Part shown: positions 1 to 14,174 of the stretch, one piece after another
How positions within the stretch are numbered: position 1 is the stretch's first letter
How the letters are laid out: every line of letters begins with the position of its first letter
DNA from: Macrostomum lignano
Taxonomy: Eukaryota
Length of the DNA: 64,000 nucleotides
Direction of reading: 5' to 3'
Assembly: GCA_002269645.1 (NCBI GenBank)
Contig: NIVC01000309.1
Coordinates: forward strand, 621,281 to 685,280
The notes under the pieces: model-generated
What the model was told of the DNA's origin: nothing
Databases searched by the model: none
What the model saw: the letters and a program-made list of their open reading frames with translations, nothing else
Translations under genes and position numbers: made by a program

Positions 1-1287
1 TATAACCAATTATTAAGAAATCAAAAAGACTTATATTAACAACACCTTCAGATTATATTTTCTGTATGCGAATTAAAAAACACTAGATAAAATATAGTAG
101 CTATCAAACGTAAATAAGTATATTAATATTAATACTCAATGGGGAATACACTCGTACTCATCGTAATCGCTGTGTATTAGTAAAGTAAATGTACTTAAAT
201 TAATTAAAGTTAACTTGAGTGTCACGATTAAAATAATTTTGCGAATTAGCTTTAATACTTCTTATTTACTCAAATTTAAATTTTATCTCGAAAATAATAT
301 TAATAACGGTAAATGTCGACAAGTACATGCAATTTATTGGATTTACTATCCCCCGAAAGTTAAGCAGTAACCAACAAGATGGTTACAACAAGTGTCAGGG
401 TCATTGGAAAAAAAGAAAACTGGTTCATACTGAAGCGATGGATGCTCCCGATAGGTTTTTCTTCCCGAAGAAATTTTCTCAAATTGGCAATACATGGCTA
501 TAGCTAACACAAGACTAAATGCATAAAACCGGCACAGTTATACACATATGTGCTCCATCCTTATGCACTAGATCGCTCCCAGTTCTACTCCAACCCATCC
601 GCCAGAGATTTCCCGGCTCAGAAATCTAGCTAGTATAGCCGCCCCCACTCCTTCCTCAAACCAGCTTTCTTCCACGTTGGAAAAATTCTATTCTAGCGAG
701 GAGGGGAGGAAGAGAGAGAGAGAAAAGTCCAAGATTTAGCGATTGGGCAGAGTGGAGTGGGCAGAGAACGGCCTCTATACTCTTTGAGTCTTCGTGATTT
801 GAGTTCGAAAGTATATCCCCCTTGCCTATAGAGCTGGGGGCATTCCACTTGCCTATAGCCTGAGGGATTCGCCATTGGGGAATTGCCGGGGCCCAGCGCC
901 TTCTCTCTTCAGCTTCCCTCCCTCATCCCGTCGATCCCCCAACTTCAACCTTCTCCCTAACCCCCATCCCTCCCTCCCTCGGGCCAGCTTCCCATTTCTC
1001 CTGCAAGCGGAGGGCTTCTCTTGGTAAAAAAAATAAACAGAACAATATTGCTGGGAATGGGAAAATAATCCCTGCATGAGCTGCTGTTTAACTCAGACGA
1101 GTCTGGTTCCGCTTTGAGATGCGGGCTGGGCACCAGACAAGTTCGCATGGTTGCAGCCATGGAAAATTGTGGACTTTGAAATGGCACTAAAGCTGCAATT
1201 ACAGCGAACTTCTCGACAAACTGTGTGCAAAATAAACTGAAGTAGGTCGCTTTCAAAAAGTTGCCATCTTGTTTTATTCAATCCCAA

Positions 1288-2681
1288 CAGTACTCACAGA
1301 GAGTCAGTAGACACAGAGAGTCAGTAGACACAGAGAGTCAGTAGACACACAGAGAGTCAGTAGTCACAGAGAGTCAGTAGACACAGAGAGTCAGTAGACA
1401 CAGAGAGTCAGTAGACACACAGAGAGTCAGTAGACACACAGAGAGTAAGTAGACACACAGAGAGTCAGTAGACACACAGAGAGTCAGTAGACACACAGAG
1501 AGTCAGTAGACACACAGAGAGTCAGTAGTCACAGAGAGTCAGTAGACACAAAGAGTCAGTAGACACAGTCAGTAGTCACAGAGAGTCAGTAGTCACAGAG
1601 AGTCAGTAGACACAGAGAGTCAGTAGTCACAGAGAGTCAGTAGACACACAGAGAGTCAGTAGACACAGAGAGTCAGTAGTCACAGAGAGTCAGTAGACAC
1701 ACAGAGAGTCAGTAGTCACAGAGAGTCAGTAGACACACAGAGAGTCAGTAGACACACAGAGAGTCAGTAGTCACAGAGAGTCAGTAGACACACAGAGAGT
1801 CAGTAGACACACAGAGATTAAGTAGACACACAGAGAGTCAGTAGTCACAGAGAGTCAGTAGACACAGAGAGTCAGTAGTCACAGAGAGTCAGTAGTCACA
1901 GAGAGTCAGTAGTCACAGAGAGTCAGTAGACACAGAGAGTCAGTAGTCACAGAGAGTCAGTAGTCACAGAGAGTCAGTAGACACAGAGAGTCAGTAGTCA
2001 CAGAGAGTCAGTAGACACACAGAGAGTCAGTAGTCACAGAGAGTCAGTAGTCACAGAGAGTCAGTCGACACACAGAGAGTCAGTAGTCACAGAGAGTCAG
2101 TAGACACACAGAGAGTCAGTAGACACACAGAGAGTCAGTAGACACACAGAGAGTCAGTAGTCACAGAGAGTCAGTAGACACACAGAGAGTCAGTAGTCAC
2201 AGAGAGTCAGTAGACACACAGAGAGTCAGTAGTCACAGAGAGTCAGTAGTCACAGAGAGTCAGTAGACACACAGAGAGTCAGTAGACACACAGAGAGTCA
2301 GTAGACACACAGAGAGTCAGTAGTCACAGAGAGTCAGTAGACACAGAGAGTCAGTAGTCACAGAGAGTCAGTAGACACAGAGAGTTAGTAGTCACAGAGA
2401 GTCAGTAGACACAGAAAGTCAGTAGACACAGTCAGTAGTCACAGAGAGTCAGTAGTCACAGAGAGTCAGTAGACACAGAGAGTCAGTAGTCACAGAGAGT
2501 CAGTAGACACAGAGAGTCAGTAGTCACAGAGAGTCAGTAGACACAGAGAGTCAGTAGTCACAGAGAGTCAGTAGTCACAGAGAGTCAGTAGACACAGAGA
2601 GTCAGTAGTCACAGAGAGTCAGTAGTCACAGAGAGTCAGTAGACACAGAGAGTCAGTAGACACACAGAGAGTCAGTAGACA
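1288..2681 (+). repeat. Minisatellite, 17/19-bp units (GTCAGTAGACACACAGAGA and variants)
   Basis: About 1.4 kb of directly visible tandem units of three types (..AGTAGTCA.., ..AGTAGACA.., ..AGTAGACACA..). Confidence 0.97.
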
Positions 2682-3278
2682 ATAATTCTCTCGGTGCATA
2701 AATGTTTCTATTTGTCTTTTTGCTTTCCTATTTCTGCAGCTCCTCCAGCACAGGTCGAGCCTCAGTTAACCACTGGGTTTCCAGCCTCTTTATTAGTCTT
2801 CCTCCTGCTAGCAGAGTCGTTCTGCCTCGCCGCAGGCCAGCAGGGTGCACAGGCGAGCATTTTGTCGAAAGCCTACTCAAGTAGAATTTCGACTCTCGTG
2901 CACCCAACCCGTCTGGCGCTGCCGAGGAGAATTTTGCTCCGCAGTCTTGACCCCCCTAGCGCGGTTGAGAATGAGGTCAACGAAAGAAACTAGGAAACAG
3001 TTGAGCAGTCATGTGAATTTCTATTTGCCCTCTCTGACCGGGGCCGGGGGAGGAATGGGGTGGGATACGAGCTCCATCTGAACCCAGCCTTCACAAAGCC
3101 CCCAAGAACCCTACAGATTATATTTTCCGAGGCCGATGACTAAAATTTGCCAACCTTAAATAATTCAGCCGTTTTGGCCGGAGCTGTGCCACGGTTTGAG
3201 CAAATTTGAGAAACTGCTGCGGACCGAGCATTTAGGCAAACATTGGTGATGTGTCCGAGCTGACCGAACCTCTGACTT

Positions 3279-6221
3279 TGACTACTGACTCTCTGTGACT
3301 ACTGACTCTCTGTGTCTACTGACTCTCTGTGACTACTGACTCTCTGTGACTACTGACTCTCTGTGACTACTGACTCTCTGTGTCTACTGACTCTCTGTGA
3401 CTACTGACTCTCTGTGACTACTGACTCTCTGTGTGTCTACTGACTCTCTGTGTGTCTACTGACTCTCTGTGTCTACTGACTCTCTGTGTGTCTACTGACT
3501 CTCTGTGTGTCTACTGACTCTCTGTGTCTACTGACTCTCTGTGACTACTGACTCTCTGTGACTACTGACTGTGTCTACTGACTCTCTGTGTCTACTGACT
3601 CTCTGTGTCTACTGACTCTCTGTGACTACTGACTCTCTGTGTCTACTGACTCTCTGTGTGTCTACTGACTCTCTGTGTCTACTGACTCTCTGTGTGTCTA
3701 CTGACTCTCTGTGTGTCTACTGACTCTCTGTGTGTCTACTGACTCTCTGTGTGTCTACTGACTCTCTGTGTGTCTACTGACTCTCTGTGTGTCTACTGAC
3801 TCGCTGTACTCTACTGACTCTCTGTGTGTCTACTGACTCTCTGTGTGTATACTGACTCTCTGTGTGTATACTGACTCTCTGTGTGTCTACTGACTCTCTG
3901 TGTGTCTACTGACTCTCTGTGTGTCTACTGACTCTCTGTGTGTCTACTGACTCTCTGTGTGTCTACTGACTCTCTGTGTGTCTACTGACTCTCTGTGTGT
4001 CTACTGACGCTCTGTGTGTATACTGACTCTCTGTGTGTCTACTGACTCTCTGTGTGTCTACTGACTCTCTGTGTGTCTACTGACTCTCTGTGTGTCTACT
4101 GACTCTCTGTGTGTCTACTGACTCTCTGTGTGTCTACTGACTCTCTGTGTGTCTACTGACTCTCTGTGTGTCTACTGACTCTCTGTGTGTCTACTGACTC
4201 TCTGTGTGTCTACTGACTCTCTGTGTGTCTACTGACTCTCTGTGTGTCTACTGACTCTCTGTGTGTCTACTGACTCTCTGTGTGTCTACTGACTCTCTGT
4301 GTGTCTACTGACTCTCTGTGTGTCTACTGACTCTCTGTGTGTCTACTGACTCTCTGTGACGCTCTGTGTGTATACTGACTCTCTGTGTGTCTACTGACTC
4401 AATGTGTGTCTACTGACTCTCTGTGTGTCTACTGACTCTCTGTGTGTCTACTGACTCTCTGTGTGTCTACTGACTCTCTGTGTGTCTACTGACTCTCTGT
4501 GACTACTGACTCTCTGTGTGTCTACTGACTCTGTGTCTACTGACTCTCTGTGTGTCTACTGACTCTCTGTGTGTCTACTGACTCGCTGTACTCTACTGAC
4601 TCTCTGTGTGTCTACTGACTCTCTGTGTGTCTACTGACGCTCTGTGTGTCTACTGACTCTCTGTGTGTCTACTGACTCTCTGTGTGTCTACTGACTCTCT
4701 GTGTGTCTACTGACTCTCTGTGTGTCTACTGACTCTCTGTGTGTCTACTGACTCGCTGTACTCTACTGACTCTCTGTGTGTCTACTGACTCTCTGTGTCT
4801 ACTGACTCTCTGTGTGTCTACTGACTCTCTGTGTGTCTACTGACTCTCTGTGTGTCTACTGACTCTCTGTGTGTCTACTGACTCTCTGTGTGTCTACTGA
4901 CTCTCTGTGACTACTGACTCTCTGTGTGTCTACTGACTCTCTGTGTGTCTACTGACTCTCTGTGTGTCTACTGACTCTCTGTGACGCTCTGTGTGTAAAC
5001 TGACTCTCTGTGTGTCTACTGACTCTCTGTGTGTCTACTGACTCTCTGTGTGTCTACTGACTCTCTGTGTGTCTACTGACTCGCTGTACTCTACTGACTC
5101 TGTGTCTACTGACTCTCTGTGTGTCTACTGACTCTCTGTGTGTCTACTGACTCTCTGTGTGTCTACTGACTCTCTGTGTGTCTACTGACTCTCTGTGTGT
5201 CTACTGACTCTCTGTGTGTCTACTGACTCTCTGTGTTTGTCTACTGACTCTCTGTGTGTCTACTGACTCTCTGTGTGTCTACTGACTCTCTGTGTGTCTA
5301 CTGACTCTCTGTGTGTCTACTGACTCTCTGTGTGTCTACTGACTCTCTGTGTGTCTACTGACTCTCTGTGTGTCTACTGACTCTCTGTGTGTCTACTGAC
5401 TCTCTGTGTGTCTACTGACTCTCTGTGTGTCTACTGACTCTCTGTGTGTCTACTGACTCGCTGTACTCTACTGACTCTCTGTGTGTCTACTGACTCTCTG
5501 TGTGTCTACTGACTCTCTGTGTCTACTGACTCTCTGTGTGTCTACTGACTCTCTGTGTGTCTACTGACTCTCTGTGTGTCTACTGACGCTCTGTGTATCT
5601 ACTGACTCTCTGTGTCTACTGACTCTCTGTGTCTACTGACTCTCTGTGTCTACTGACTCTCTGTGTCTACTGACTCTCTGTGTGTCTACTGACTCTCTGT
5701 GTATCTACTGACTCTCTGTGTCTACTGACTCTCTGTGTGTCTACTGACTCTCTGTGTCTACTGACTCTCTGTGTCTTCTGCTCTGTGTCTACTGACTATC
5801 GGTGACTACTGACTCTCTGTGTCTACTGACTCTCTGTGTCTACTGACTCTCTGTGTGTCTACTGACTCTCTGTGTGTCTACTGACTCTCTGTGTCTACTG
5901 ACTCTCTGTGTGTCTACTGACTCTCTGTGTGTCTACTGACGCTCTGTGTGTCTACTGACTCTCTGTGTGTCTACTGACTCTCTGTGTCTACTGACTCTGT
6001 GTCTACTGACTCTCTGTGTGTCTACTGACTCTCTGTGTGTCTACTGACTCTCTGTGTCTACTGACTCTCTGTGTGTCTACTGACTCTCTGTGTCTACTGA
6101 CTCTCTGTGTGTCTACTGACTCTCTGTGTCTACTGACTCTCTGTGTCTTCTGCTCTGTGTCTACTGACTATCGGTGACTACTGACTCTCTGTGTCTACTG
6201 ACTCTCTGTGTCTACTGACTC
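3279..6221 (-). repeat. Same 17/19-bp minisatellite in reverse orientation (TCTCTGTGTGTCTACTGAC)n
   Basis: Reverse complement of the 1288-2681 unit; about 2.9 kb; recurring variants (CTCGCTGTACTCTACTGAC; GACTATCGGTGAC at about 5795 and 6165). Confidence 0.97.
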
Positions 6222-6801
6222 CAATGTCTATCGCATATGAAGCCTACAAATTCCGGCTTCCACTCTAGGGTGCAGATTCAGCGGTAGGTAACCTTGCTAT
6301 TCGTGTAAATGAAAAGATATCCATTCAGCAGGAGAATTTGAGTCGGAACTGGAAGTGACTGTGGCTCCGAGGAGAGAACTTGGGCGGGTCCAAGAACTGC
6401 AGACATCAGAGCAGCTGCGAAACAATATGAAGTAATTAATTTATTTGACAAGAGATGGAGCAAGTGCAGCCTCCCCACAGCCTTGTATTGTTCTGGTGGA
6501 ATTGCTTTGGGATGCTGGGGTCTGCGCAGCGCACTGTTTCATCATCAGCCCTGTTTGACGGACAACAGCCGCAGCCAAGAGCTCCGTTGTGTTGCTTTTT
6601 TTAGTTGCTGGGGCCGTTGCTGGCAGCTCAGCTCAGAGCCACATAAAAGCTATAGAGGCGGCGGCTCTAGGAGGCTGGGGGAGGAGCAGCTGCACCCCTG
6701 ATGGAGAAGGTGAGCTAAGAGAGCCAACCCTGGAGAGCTGGATACAGGGTTTGTCTTGATTAGCTGATAGGCTTGCATTTCCTTGAATGTGCAACTAGTA
6801 C

Positions 6802-7322
<521 letters not shown>

Positions 7323-7779
7323 GCGCAACAGTACATATTACTCATTCAGGAATACCTCCGAGTCCCTCTCGTACACTGTCAGTGCAACAAGGCTCAGTAG
7401 AGGCCATTCAAGCTCACATGCAGTAGGTAAATACTTGGCCGCCGCCTTCAATATTTGCACAATAAAGTCTGTCTGCTATATTGCTACGCTCGTTTTTCGG
7501 AAACTCTTACGAAGTATCGAAAGATATACGATCACATTATTTGCCCAAGTCTGAACTCGCTTTACTCAAATCTCTTGTCTGCTCTGTCATCGGTTGAGCC
7601 TTCAATTTCTGCACCCTGCAGTTTTTGCTAAACTGTGACCGTGAGATGAAAATCTGAAGCGGGATTTCGTCGTCTTGTAAGATAGGCAAGAAAGGTGCAA
7701 AATTTCAGTAGTGCGCTGCGAAAGGAGAGCTAGCCATTAGAAGCGAGAAAAGGAGAAAAGAAACAGGAAGAGCGAGGGG

Positions 7780-9160
7780 AAAGAGGGGAGAGGGGGAAGG
7801 CAGAGATAGATTAGAGGGAATGGAGAGAGGGAGAGAAGGGGAGAGAGACGGGGGAGAGAGGGGAGGAGAGAGGGAGAGAGAGGGAGAGAGTGGGAGAGAG
7901 AGGGGAGGAGAGAGGGGAGAGAGGGGGAGAGAGGGGAGGAGAGAGGGAGAGAGAGGGAGAGAGTGGGAGAGAGAGGGGAGGAGAGAGGGAGAGAGAGGGA
8001 GAGAGAGGGAGAGAGTGGTAGAGAGAGGGGGAGAGAGGGGGGAGAGAGGGGAGGAGAGAGGGAGAGAGAGGGAGAGAGTGGGAGAGAGAGGGAGAGAGAG
8101 GGGGAGAGAGGGGAGGAGAGAGGGAGAGAGAGGGAGAGAGTGGGAGAGAGAGGGGAGGAGAGAGGGGGAGAGAGGGAGAGAGAGGGAGAGAGAGGGGAGG
8201 AGAGAGGGAGAGAGAGGGGGAGAGAGGGGAGGAGAGAGGGAGAGAGAGGGAGAGAGTGGGAGAGAGAGGGGAGGAGAAAGGGGGAGAGAGAGGGAGAGAG
8301 AGGGAGAGAGTGGTAGAGAGAGGGGGGAGAGAGGGGGAGAGAGGGGAGGAGAGAGGGAGAGAGAGGGAGAGAGTGGGAGAGAGAGGGGAGGAGAGAGGGG
8401 GAGAGAGAGGGAGAGAGTGGGAGAGAGAGGGAGAGAGAGGGGGAGAGAGGGGAGGAGAGAGGGAGAGAGAGGGAGAGAGTGGGAGAGAGAGGGGAGGAGA
8501 GAGGGGGAGAGAGAGGGAGAGAGAGGGAGAGAGAGGGGAGGAGAGAGGGAGAGAGAGGGGGAGAGAGGGGAGGAGAGAGGGAGAGAGAGGGAGAGAGTGG
8601 GAGAGAGAGGGGAGGAGAGAGGGGAGAGAGAGGGAGAGAGAGGGAGAGAGTGGTAGAGAGAGGGGGAGAGAGGGGGAGAGAGGGGAGGAGAGAGGGAGAG
8701 AGAGGGAGAGAGTGGGAGAGAGAGGGAGGAGAGAGGGGAGAGAGAGGGGTGAGAGAGGAGAGGAGAGAGGGAGAGAGAGGGAGAGAGTGGGAGAGAGAGG
8801 GGAGGAGAGAGGGGGAGAGAGAGGGAGAGAGAGGGAGAGAGTGGGAGAGAGAGGGGGGGAGAGGGGAGGAGGGAGGGAGAGAGAGGGAGAGAGTGGGAGA
8901 GAGAGGGGAGGAGAGAGGGGGAGAGAGAGGAGAGAGGGAGAGAGAGGGAGAGAGAGGGAGAGAGAGGGAGAGAGAGGGAGAGAGAGGGAGAGAGAGGGAG
9001 TGGGAGAGAGTGGGAGAGAGAAGGAGAGAGAGGGAGAGAGAGGGAGAGAGAGAGAGAGAGAGCGGAGGGAGAAGAGGAGAGAAAGAGATGGGTAGAGAGA
9101 GGGAGAGTGGGAGAGAGAGGGGAGACAGGTCGAGAGGAAGAGAGAAGAGAAGAGTTGATG
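7780..9160 (+). repeat. Polypurine low-complexity repeat (GGGAGAGAGA / GGGGAGGAGAGA)
   Basis: Almost pure G/A for about 1.4 kb; accounts for the long SPL/ERG-rich ORFs. Confidence 0.96.
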
Positions 9161-9967
9161 AGAGTCCAAGCAAGAGACAGTGAGGATTTATATCCTTGGA
9201 TTAGCTCGGTGAGCCCCTCCCTCCCCCTTATCCCAGAAACTCCAGAGCAGCAACTCGAAAGCCATCCAAAGCCATCACTGATGATAGCTACTGGAAACTG
9301 CAAGAATGAGAGCGAGTTTGATGTTGCCCGGCACGCAGTGATGGAGCGCAGAAGCTTCGTGGCGGCACTCAACACTCGCTCAACAGTCGGATTTGTGACA
9401 GTTAGTAGTTGCGCCCGCTGACAGAGCCGGAGAGTCGGCGCCAGTTTTCTGTGTTTATTTTTCAACTCTTTCTCGTCAAAAAAGCATGCAGGCTGCCCTT
9501 CCGCCCGCCTCTCTACCTCGCTGTGTCCAGCCAGCATCAGCAGAGAGCGGACAGAGTCAAATTTGCCCGCGGGAGACGGCCGACAAAGGCATAAAACATG
9601 CAAAGCTTTATGACTGCCTATCCAACCCCTATGCCCATCCCCCTACAGCTAGGGAGATGAGGCAGCTAAGTCTTCGAATCATTTTCCGCTCGATTAGATG
9701 TCTAGCGGCACGAGGGTTGCGGGTGGGGGAGCATCGATGCTGAAAATTGCACCCCATCAGCAGCTCCCCCGCTCGCTCGGCTGTTTTGAGTCGATTTTTT
9801 AGTTGGGGGGGCGGGGAGGGAGGCGGAGGGCGACAGAGTTTTTTGTTCAAGTTTATCGGACCGTGTCTCTGCGTGGCCTAAATTGCAAGAGTACTTTTTA
9901 GGTCTACCAAAGTCTACGGCTCAGGGAACCAGGGCTAGTTTGACCGTGTGTTGCGTAAAGCTATATA

Positions 9968-11678
9968 AAATCTCACCATCTGGAAGCTCACCATCTGGAA
10001 TCTCACCATCTGGAATCTCACTATTTAGAATCTCACCATCTGGAATCTCACCATCTGGAATCTTACGATCTGGAATCTTACCATCTGGAATCCCACTATC
10101 TGGAATCTCACCATCTGAGATCTCACCATCTGGAATCTCACCATCTGGGATCTCACCATCCAGAACCTCACCATCTGGAATCTCACCATCCAGAACCCCA
10201 CCATCTGGAATCTCACTATTCAGAATCTCACCATCTGGAATCTCATCATCTGGAATCTCACCATCTGGAATCCCACTATCTGGAATCTCACCATCTGAGA
10301 TCTCACCATCCAGAACCTCACCATCTGGAATCTCACCATCTCGAATCTCATCAACTGGAATCTCACCATCCAGAACCCCACCATCTGGAATCTCACTATT
10401 TAGAATCTCACCATCTGGAATCTCACCATCTGGAATCTCACCATCTGGAATCTCACCATCTGGAATCTTACCATCTGAAATCTCACCATCTGGAATCTCA
10501 ACATCCAGAACCCAACTATCTGGAATCTCACCATCTGGAATCTCACCATCTGGGATCTCACCATCCAGAACCTCACCATCTGGAATCTCACCATCCAGAA
10601 CCCCACCATCTGGAATCTCACCATCCAGAACCCCACCATCTGGAATCTCACTATTCAGAATCTCACCATCTGGAATCTCATCATTTGGAATCTTACCATC
10701 TGGAATCCCACTATCTGGAATCTCACCATCTGAGATCTCACCATCCAGAACCTCATCAACTGGAATCTCACCATCCAGGACCCCACCATCTGGAATCTCA
10801 CCATCTGGAATCTTACCATCTGAAATCTCACCATCTGGAATCTCAACATCCAGAACCCAACTATCTGGAATCTCACCATCTGGAATCCCACCATCCAGAA
10901 CCTCACCGTCTGGAATCTCACTATTTTGAATCTCACTATCTGGAATCTCATCATCTGGAATCTCATCATCTGGAATCTCACCATCTCGAATCTCATCAAC
11001 TGGAATCTCACCATCCAGAACCCCACCATCTGGAATCTCACTATTTAGAATCTCACCATCTGGAATCTCACCATCTGGAATCTCACCATCTGGAATCTCA
11101 CCATCTGGAATCTCACCATCTGGAATCTCACCATCTGGAATCTTACCATCTGAAATCTCACCATCTGGAATCTCAACATCCAGAACCCAACTATCTGGAA
11201 TCTCACCATCTGGAATCTCACCATCTGGGATCTCACCATCCAGAACCTCACCATCTGGAATCTCACCATCCAGAACCCCACCATCTGGAATCTCACCATC
11301 CAGAACCCCACCATCTGGAATCTCACTATTCAGAATCTCACCATCTGGAATCTCATCATTTGGAATCTTACCATCTGGAATCCCACTATCTGGAATCTCA
11401 CCATCTGAGATCTCACCATCCAGAACCTCATCAACTGGAATCTCACCATCCAGGACCCCACCATCTGGAATCTCACCATCTGGAATCTTACCATCTGAAA
11501 TCTCACCATCTGGAATCTCAACATCCAGAACCCAACTATCTGGAATCTCACCATCTGGAATCCCACCATCCAGAACCTCACCGTCTGGAATCTCACTATT
11601 TTGAATCTCACTATCTGGAATCTCATCATCTGGAATCTCATCATCTGGAATCTCACCATCTGGAATCTCACCATCTCA
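9968..11678 (+). repeat. 15-bp minisatellite (TCTCACCATCTGGAA)n with higher-order duplication
   Basis: More than 100 units; the variant block TCATTTGGAA recurs at 10681 and 11356 (675 bp = 45 units). Confidence 0.97.
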
Positions 11679-11711
11679 AACCCCATAGAACTCATCAGTC
11701 AAGCAGCTCAC

Positions 11712-11774
11712 CAGAATTGCCGTACACAGCCGCAAACTGCAGATTTCCGGCAGCGGTGGCGAGCCGCCTGTCTC

Positions 11775-11815
<41 letters not shown>

Positions 11816-12555
11816 GTCGCACTGTACGGAAAATAATAGCGATAGTCGCTGGCGGGCGGCCCAGTCGCCAGCGGTCCGTTGCCTTGGTAACCAGCGAATC
11901 CGGCCGCGTAATCAACGGCTGCATCGCCGCAAATTGCCAATCCGGCCAGTCCGTGGTCCAACTCAAAGCTGCCCGAGGCGAATCTCTGCCGCTGCGGATG
12001 CAGCGCGTTTGTCGGCAGCGGCGGCGGCGCCTGCAGCTGCTGCTGTCTATGGTAAAAGTCGGTGCCCTCATCGGCTGATGCGTAGCCTCCGCCGCTGCCG
12101 CCGGCGCGCCTGTTTGAGTAGCTCTGATGCAGCTCGGAGTCTGAACTGTACTCCTGACGCTGCGGCTGATTCCAGCTGCTGGTTGAGTTGATGGCTTGCT
12201 GCCCTCTCTGCAGCGAGTGACTGCTCAGCTGCGTGTCCGTTGACGGCGTTCTTGGCAACCGTCGCTGCTGCTGCAGCCGCGGACGGGCGGAGCTGGGCGG
12301 ACCGAAATGCACGGCCCTTTGCTGCAACAGTTGCTGCTGCTGGAAGAAGTGCTGCGGCTTCTGGTGCTGCTGCTGATACTGATGGTTCGGATTGCCCTCC
12401 AACACGTCACGCGAATAGGCCGAGGCCTCGGAGCTTAAACCGGAATCGTTTGAGTCCTCTTGCTGCAACAGCAGCTGATGAGGCTGCAGCGGTTGTGACA
12501 GCGGCGGCGGCGGCTGCTGCGGCTGCTGCTTCTGCCGCGGCTGCCTGACAGACAT
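11712..12555 (-). CDS. First coding exon of a Gln-rich, probably disordered protein; possible terminal exon at about 9877-9703
   Basis: ATG at 12555; GC-rich open frame with polyQ; donor AATTCTG|GTGAGC at 11712 (phase 1). A phase-compatible acceptor (gcaatttag|gccacg) near 9877 would add about 59 aa. No domain recognised. Confidence 0.65.
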
Positions 12556-14174
12556 TCAACACTGATTTATTATTGGCAGATGCTGCTTGCTGCCGGGCGT
12601 TGCGGCATGCTCTCAGTTTATCTCCAATGACTTAGACCAAGGGACCAGAGACAAAGGTGAGAGAGCGGCGGCAGCGCCAACTGTTTAGATCAAGGAATCG
12701 ACGCGTCCTGGTCTCATTGCGGCTTCACCGTGGTGGCGGGGGCGAGGGGGTGGTTGGCTGACCGGACCGCTCGCAGTTTAGGAGGTGCGGCACGGGGGCT
12801 TTGGCCAGTTTTAAGGGGTGGCCAGACTCCTGATAAGGGGGACTGGGGGGTAAGAGAGAGAGAGGGGGGAGATGAAGGGGATGGGGAGGATGGGGACAGG
12901 GAGAACTGAAGGAGCAGTTTTTCGCCTATCTGACTGAATCGACTGCATTGAGGGGGTCGGGGGCTGGCGTTGGGTGGAGGGTTGTTTGCGTGAGCTGGGC
13001 TGAGAGCTGCGGAGGGGGGGACGGGGTCTGGTCCGCTGGGAATCTGAGCTCAGTCACGTTGAGTCGCCTACCCAAGATCCAACCTAACACACATACACAC
13101 ACACACACACACACCGGCCCCCTTTCAATCTTCATCTTTCTCTCTCCCACTCAGCCAAGCACTCCCGAGTCAAAACCATTGGCCGCGGACTATTTTAGAG
13201 TCCAATTGACTTTGCTGGCTGCTTTCTGGCGCTGCGGCCTCTCCAACTGCCGCCCGGAGCGGGAGTTTTTTTTTTAGAAAATTGTAATGGCCGGTCGTGC
13301 CGGGCGCTACAGCGTACAGATAATACGTGTAAAGTCACTCTGCAAAGCGGTTTCTGAGGTTTGGGGGTTGGGGTTCAGTAAAGAGAAAGAGAGTTTTTCT
13401 GAGGTCCTGGTGGTTTGGCTTCAGCTTTTGTGGGGAGCCACCAGCCCCCGGATACGCGACGGCGAGGCAATTGGCCTGTGAGTGGTCCCAAGTCGGTGCT
13501 ATTGTTTAACTGATGAGGCGCTGCAGACGACGTCCCCAAGCGACTGCGGATTTTGGCCGGGGGGAGGAGGAAATCCTAATGAAGTGACGGAGAGAGAGAG
13601 AGAGAGAGAGAGAGAGGGTGATTAGTCTGAAAAAATTCCCAGATCCACAGGGGAGAATATGGTTGCAGGAGTTTGCTGGAGGCTTCAAGTCGTCACTTGC
13701 TTTAGATTCAGGGGGCCACTTAAGCTGTGCACACGGTAGAGCGAGGTTTTGAGCCTGAGCTGCTGCTGGAACTCCATAAAGTCCATTATTGGTCAGGTTT
13801 TTAACTCCTCAGAACAACCGTGCTGCAAGAATTTATAAAGCTTGTTGATGAGCTTCATGCAGTGAGTCACTCAGCTTTTTGCTTTACTGTGTACTGAGAA
13901 ATTCTTTTAACAGTAAAGCAAAAGTGAAACAAAGTCGTGCTGGCTCTTTTAGCGCGAATTCTCTGTCTGTGTGGGTAAATTCAATGTGTTCCTAAAATTG
14001 GCTATGGCTATGGGTCCTTCAGGCACGTGCAACAGTTTCTGGAAAGACGAGCACGCCATTGGTGCGTGATATAAGCTTGCAAATTTTGAGGTTTTAAAGC
14101 ACATTACGTACCAGATGAAGGGTTGTATCAAGTCTTTGTTACATCATGTGGGATCATGGTCGCGCAAGAGATGC

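Noticed and set aside
1-1290. Short ORFs and a duplicated CTTGCCTATAG (about 820 and 848)
   Set aside because: Too short and without homology or structural support.
7705-9603. Long SPL-rich and ERG-rich ORFs (up to 632 aa)
   Set aside because: Stop-free translation of a polypurine repeat; open in several frames on both strands.
9883-11836. 348-aa SGISP and 383-aa His-rich ORFs
   Set aside because: Products of a 15-bp minisatellite inside a predicted intron; no unique sequence.
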